A program made the position numbers and the translations under genes. This document shows positions 59,767 through 64,000 of a DNA stretch of 64,000 nucleotides, piece after piece. Where the stretch lies: the NCBI GenBank assembly GCA_018662925.1, contig JABJFC010000057.1, positions 19,194 to 83,193 on the forward strand, given 5' to 3'. Numbering within the stretch: the first letter of the stretch is position 1; each line of letters starts with the position of its first letter. Source of the stretch: Alphaproteobacteria bacterium (GTDB taxonomy: Bacteria; Pseudomonadota; Alphaproteobacteria; 16-39-46; JABJFC01). The notes under the pieces were generated by a model. That model had not been told where the DNA came from, made no database searches, and worked only from the letters and a program-made list of their open reading frames with translations.

Positions 59767-62673
59767 GTGACAACAGATTCATCAACGGCACTCGATATTG
59801 AACCCATTACCATAGAAGAGGAAATGAAGAAGTCCTACTTGGATTACGCCATGAGCGTGATCGTCAGTAGGGCTATTCCCGATGTACGAGACGGATTAAA
59901 ACCCGTGCATCGTCGGATTCTCTTTGCCATGGGTGAAGTGGGGCTGGATTACAATAGGCCCTATAAAAAATCAGCCAGAACGGTTGGTGATGTGATGGCC
60001 AAATACCATCCTCATGGGGAAATGGCCATCTATGATGCTTTGGTTCGAATGGCCCAGGATTTCTCTATGGGACTTATGTTGGTTGATGGACAAGGGAACT
60101 TTGGGTCCGTGGATGGTGATCCCGCCGCGGCCATGCGCTATACGGAATCCCGCTTAAGTCGTCCTTCTCATTATTTGTTGGAAGACATCGATAAGGATAC
60201 CATCGATTTCAAAGCCAACTACGATGAGTCCATGAAGGAACCCACGCTTTTGCCAGCTCGTTTCCCAAATGTTTTGGTAAATGGAGCCAGCGGTATTGCA
60301 GTGGGTATGGCGACTAATATTCCTCCCCATAATTTGGGTGAATTGTTGGATGCGTGTTGTGCTTATGTGGACAATCCTGATGTAACGTTGGAAGAACTCA
60401 TGGAACTCGTTCCGGGTCCTGACTTTCCCACGGGTGGAAGCATTTTAGGAAGAGCGGGAATTTTGTCTGCTTTCCAGACAGGGCGTGGTTCGGTTTTGAT
60501 GCGCGCCAAGACACATATAGAAGAGATTCGCAAGGATCGTGAAGCGATCATTGTAACGCAAATTCCATATCAGGTGAACAAGGCCAAATTGGTTGCTCGA
60601 ATAGCTGAACTCGTCCATGGGAAGATCATAGAAGGTATTTCCGATCTGAGAGATGAGTCTGATCGTCAGGGGATGCGGGTCGTCATTGAGTTGAAGCGGG
60701 ATGCTGTTTCAGATGTGGTCTTGAGTTTGCTTCATCGGCACACATCCTTACAGACTTCTTTTGGGGTGAACATGTTAGCTCTGAACAAAGGGCAGCCGAT
60801 TTTGATGGGCCTCAAGGATGTGCTCGTTGCCTTTGTGGAATTCCGGGAAGAGGTGATTACTCGTCGCACTCGATTTGAGCTGGATAAAGCCCGAAATAAG
60901 GCTCATGTTCTTGCTGGTTTAGCAATTGCAGTTGCCAATATTGATCCTGTTATAGCGCTAATTCGCAATGCTGCTGATCCCGAAGTGGCGCGTCAACAGC
61001 TCATGGAAAAGCCTTGGCCAGCAGAATCAGTGGCGCCTCTCATCGCGCTTATTGACGATCCTGAGTATCAAGTGGTTGATGGGAAATACAAGCTTTCCGA
61101 AGTTCAAGCGCGGGCCATTTTGGAGTTGCGACTCCATAGACTGACTGGCCTCGAACGGGATAAGATCGGATCTGACTTGGAAGCTCTTGCTGCCGTTATA
61201 AAGGACTATTTGGAGATTTTAGCATCCCGTCCTCGCCGTCTTGCGATCATGAAGGAAGAGTTCCTAGAAGTTAAAGAAAAATTTGCCGTGCCACGTCGGA
61301 CTCAAATCGAAGATGGTGAATTTACCCATGACATGGAATCATTGATTCAGCGCGAAGAGATGGTGGTGACCGTGAGCCATGAGGGTTATATTAAGCGAGT
61401 GCCTCTATCTACTTACCGTTCTCAAAAGCGTGGAGGGCGGGGCCGAACAGGCATGTCCACACGTGATGAAGATTTTGTGGATGATCTTTTTGTGGCCAAC
61501 ACGCATACGCCCGTGCTGTTTTTCTCTAAGAAGGGGAAAGTGTACCAACTGAAGGTATATCGGTTACCCATGGGGTCGGCCCAAGCCAGAGGAAAGGCTA
61601 TGGTCAATATCTTCCCAGTGGACGGGGACGAAAATATTTCAACTGTATTGCCGTTGCCCGAAGATAGAGAAGAGAGCGAGGGCAAATTCATTTTCTTTGC
61701 CACATCTTCTGGAAATGTCAGAAGGAACTCCATTGATGATTTTTCCAATATTCGCGCCAACGGAAAAATAGCTATGAAGCTGGACGATGGGGAAAAGCTG
61801 ATCGGCGTTTCCCTCTGTTCAGAAGGGGACACAGTTCTGCTGTCTACTAAGTTGGGCAAGTGCATTCGATTCCCAATGGATAAGGTTCGTGTTTTTGCGG
61901 GTCGTGCCTCTAACGGTGTTAGGGGAATTAAATTGGCCAAGGACGATGAGGTTATTTCCATGTGTATCCTCAAGACGGGAGGATTTTCTTCGGAAGAAAG
62001 GGAAATGTACCTGAAGCAAGCCAATCGTGAGAGGCGTGGTGATGATGCTGAACTTGATACTGAAAATGCTACCCCGACTTTGCCGACGGAGAAATACCAA
62101 GAGATGGCAGAAATCGAGCAATTTATCCTGACGGTTTCGGAGAAGGGATTTGGGAAGCGCACTTCCAGCTATGCCTATCGTCAAACCAATCGCGGTGGTT
62201 CGGGAATTGTGAGCATGTCGTTGACCGAAAAGACCGGCGAAGTGGTTTCTTCTTTCCCGGTTTTGGAGGGAGACCAAGTGATGCTGGTGACCAATGGTGG
62301 TCAGCTAATTCGTTGTCCTATTCATGATATTCGACTTTGTGGCCGTCAGTCCCAAGGGGTGATTCTCTTCAGGGTAGGAAAGGGCGAAAAGGTGGTGTCT
62401 GTAACCGGTTTGACCGAAGAGAATCTTGCCCGTGCCAATGTGAACGGGGATGATGAAGAAGAATCTTCTGAGTCCATGGAAGGCGCTGAGGCGACGGAAG
62501 CCACCGAATCTATGGGGGGCGCAACAGAAGCTACTGAATCTGTCACGGCTAACGAAGGGGATTCTTCAGAGGCGACGTCGATTGTTGATTCTACAGAAGC
62601 TCCTGAATCGTCCGAAACGGAGACCTCATCCGAAGCAATTGGTGAAGATGAAGGTGATCCACAAGCGGAGTAA
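59767..62673 (+). CDS. gyrA: DNA gyrase subunit A with acidic repetitive C-terminal tail
   Basis: active-site region AMRYTE (catalytic Tyr), QRDR-like region, GyrA-box, 968 aa; tail with TEATES repeats. Confidence 0.97.
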   Translation: MTTDSSTALDIEPITIEEEMKKSYLDYAMSVIVSRAIPDVRDGLKPVHRRILFAMGEVGLDYNRPYKKSARTVGDVMAKYHPHGEMAIYDALVRMAQDFSMGLMLVDGQGNFGSVDGDPAAAMRYTESRLSRPSHYLLEDIDKDTIDFKANYDESMKEPTLLPARFPNVLVNGASGIAVGMATNIPPHNLGELLDACCAYVDNPDVTLEELMELVPGPDFPTGGSILGRAGILSAFQTGRGSVLMRAKTHIEEIRKDREAIIVTQIPYQVNKAKLVARIAELVHGKIIEGISDLRDESDRQGMRVVIELKRDAVSDVVLSLLHRHTSLQTSFGVNMLALNKGQPILMGLKDVLVAFVEFREEVITRRTRFELDKARNKAHVLAGLAIAVANIDPVIALIRNAADPEVARQQLMEKPWPAESVAPLIALIDDPEYQVVDGKYKLSEVQARAILELRLHRLTGLERDKIGSDLEALAAVIKDYLEILASRPRRLAIMKEEFLEVKEKFAVPRRTQIEDGEFTHDMESLIQREEMVVTVSHEGYIKRVPLSTYRSQKRGGRGRTGMSTRDEDFVDDLFVANTHTPVLFFSKKGKVYQLKVYRLPMGSAQARGKAMVNIFPVDGDENISTVLPLPEDREESEGKFIFFATSSGNVRRNSIDDFSNIRANGKIAMKLDDGEKLIGVSLCSEGDTVLLSTKLGKCIRFPMDKVRVFAGRASNGVRGIKLAKDDEVISMCILKTGGFSSEEREMYLKQANRERRGDDAELDTENATPTLPTEKYQEMAEIEQFILTVSEKGFGKRTSSYAYRQTNRGGSGIVSMSLTEKTGEVVSSFPVLEGDQVMLVTNGGQLIRCPIHDIRLCGRQSQGVILFRVGKGEKVVSVTGLTEENLARANVNGDDEEESSESMEGAEATEATESMGGATEATESVTANEGDSSEATSIVDSTEAPESSETETSSEAIGEDEGDPQAE

Positions 62674-62678
62674 AGCTT

Positions 62679-63185
62679 ATTGGTGCTGACAGAGTAGCTA
62701 TCTATCCTGGAACATTTGATCCCATAACTAAGGGCCACATAGATATTATCCAAAGGGCAGTTCCTCTTATGGATAGACTTGTTGTTGCCATTGCCAAGGA
62801 TACAACGAAAGATTCGCTTTTTTCCCTTAACGAACGATTGAGTCTTGTGCGTCAAGAGTTAGAATCTGTGGATGGTAAAGGATGTAAAATAGAGGTCCGT
62901 TCCTTTGAAGGCCTTTTGATTGATTTTTCAAAGGAAATCAAAAAAGAATTCAAGGCAGCTTCGTGTGTCATTGTGCGGGGCCTGCGGGTTGCTTCTGACT
63001 TTGAGTATGAATTCCAAATGGCGGGGATGAATAATAAGCTGAGTCCTGATTTTGAGACGCTCTTTCTCATGGCCTCCGATTGCTATCAATTTATTTCCTC
63101 CCGCTTTGTTCGTGAAATTGCCCGCTTGGGAGGAGACGTGACGCCCTTCGTTTCTGCTGCTGTAGTAAAGGCCTTGAAGCGCTAG
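62679..63185 (+). CDS. coaD: Phosphopantetheine adenylyltransferase CoaD; conserved N-terminus lies upstream of the first ATG (62769) with no canonical start codon in frame
   Basis: in-frame translation 62694-62768 gives VAIYPGTFDPITKGHIDIIQRAVPL (nucleotidyltransferase T/HxGH motif region); only ATT (62679) available as an initiator before the gyrA stop. Confidence 0.8.
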   Translation: MGADRVAIYPGTFDPITKGHIDIIQRAVPLMDRLVVAIAKDTTKDSLFSLNERLSLVRQELESVDGKGCKIEVRSFEGLLIDFSKEIKKEFKAASCVIVRGLRVASDFEYEFQMAGMNNKLSPDFETLFLMASDCYQFISSRFVREIARLGGDVTPFVSAAVVKALKR

Positions 63186-63263
63186 ATTTTCTTATGAGCT
63201 CGTGATCCAAGAAAACAAGCGTCCCCGTTTCAGGACAGCCTCTTTAAATATGGCAGGTTATCC

Positions 63264-64000
63264 TTAAAATAAATACTTCTCTAGTTTTTCCATTGTAAAT
63301 TCTTGCAATCCAAAAGCGTTTACCTCATCGCTAAGCGGATAGTCAATTTTTCCCGGATAGATAATGCTTACTTTCTCTAGGTCTAGTTCTTTGAGAGCCG
63401 AGCGAATTGAGGGGGTGATTTTGGGGGCATCTTGATATTTAAATTCAAATCCAAAGCGTTTCCCCTTTTTTAAGATGATGAGATCGAGTTCTGCTTGATT
63501 GTGGGTAGCCCAGAAATAGCAGTTATCAGTTTCTGCTCCCATTAGTTGAATGATTTGCTCCATAGCAAACCCTTCCCATGAAGCTCCCAAACCAGGATAT
63601 GTTTGCAAATCATCCCAGGTTTCAAGATTCCAAAAATAGTGTAGGAGTCCGCTATCACGAAAGAATAATTTAGGGCTCTTTACAAGGCGTTTTGATAAGT
63701 TGTTATGCCATGGTTTTAGAATACGAATCATAAATGTATCTGCCAGCAATTCTAGATAATTCTTAATGGTAGGATTTGATAGGTTCAGGCTCGATGATAT
63801 TTGTGAGGCATTAAATATTTGTCCATGAAAGTGTGATATCATTTTCCAGAAACGTCGGATATTTTCAGAAGAAGGTCGAAGACCCAGTGCAGGAAGGTCT
63901 TGTTCTATGTATGTGCGTGTATAGTTAGCTCTCCAATTGAAGCTTCCTTCATCAGTATTGTTAAGAAAGCTCGGGGGGAAGCCGCCGCGTAGCCACAGCT
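63264..64000 (-). CDS. AAA+ ATPase with DUF4143 C-terminal domain (ATP-binding protein), 5'-partial - continues beyond window end
   Basis: The 63264..63842 ORF encodes the DUF4143-like C-terminal half. The same frame stays open upstream to 64000 (…YIEQDLPALGLRPSSENIRRFWKMISHF…). Confidence 0.65.
   Translation of the reverse strand, partial: LWLRGGFPPSFLNNTDEGSFNWRANYTRTYIEQDLPALGLRPSSENIRRFWKMISHFHGQIFNASQISSSLNLSNPTIKNYLELLADTFMIRILKPWHNNLSKRLVKSPKLFFRDSGLLHYFWNLETWDDLQTYPGLGASWEGFAMEQIIQLMGAETDNCYFWATHNQAELDLIILKKGKRFGFEFKYQDAPKITPSIRSALKELDLEKVSIIYPGKIDYPLSDEVNAFGLQEFTMEKLEKYLF

Noticed and set aside
1-64000. CRISPR arrays, rRNA genes, IS/transposase or integrase genes
   Set aside because: None seen. 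The only repeats are short, non-coding, non-CRISPR-like dispersed elements, and no transposase or integrase ORF is present in the window.

Overview
This is a 64-kb chromosomal window that is almost certainly alphaproteobacterial. Supporting evidence: a complete mraZ-rsmH-ftsL-ftsI-murE-mraY-murD-ftsW-murG-murC-murB-ftsQ-ftsA-ftsZ division/cell-wall (dcw) block on the minus strand, FtsZ with a long C-terminal linker, and a conserved prs-rplY-pth-ychF block. Housekeeping genes run along both flanks: fic, typA, lipA, a DEAD-box helicase, tRNA-Glu, gltA, ssb, gyrA and coaD. Between mraZ (ends 26782) and ychF (51522) lies a ~24-kb accessory island that I consider the most interesting part of the window. 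It holds a chaperone-usher pilus super-locus of the spore-coat-U / Csu ('archaic') type, with four clear SCPU pilins, four more divergent pilin-like genes (two of them a near-identical tandem pair), two periplasmic chaperones, one canonical usher, and a second giant usher-like protein carrying a C-terminal KELV[YH]QEG repeat array. Interleaved with these are four signal-peptide-bearing spermidine-synthase (PABS)-like paralogs, a RES/Xre toxin-antitoxin pair, a small Cys-rich secreted peptide, and a 1.1-kaa secreted Sel1/FAD-Rossmann/RNI-type-LRR protein that looks like a eukaryote-like effector. The island's left edge coincides with copies of a short dispersed repeat family that also occurs at 9.5, 46.35, 55.4-55.6 and 63.2 kb. 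Other observations include phased TGGGA boxes upstream of mraZ, an operator-like repeat array upstream of fic, a frameshifted prs, a coaD with no canonical start, and a dcw block lacking murF and ddl. All calls come from reading the sequence and the ORF translations. No database searches were possible.
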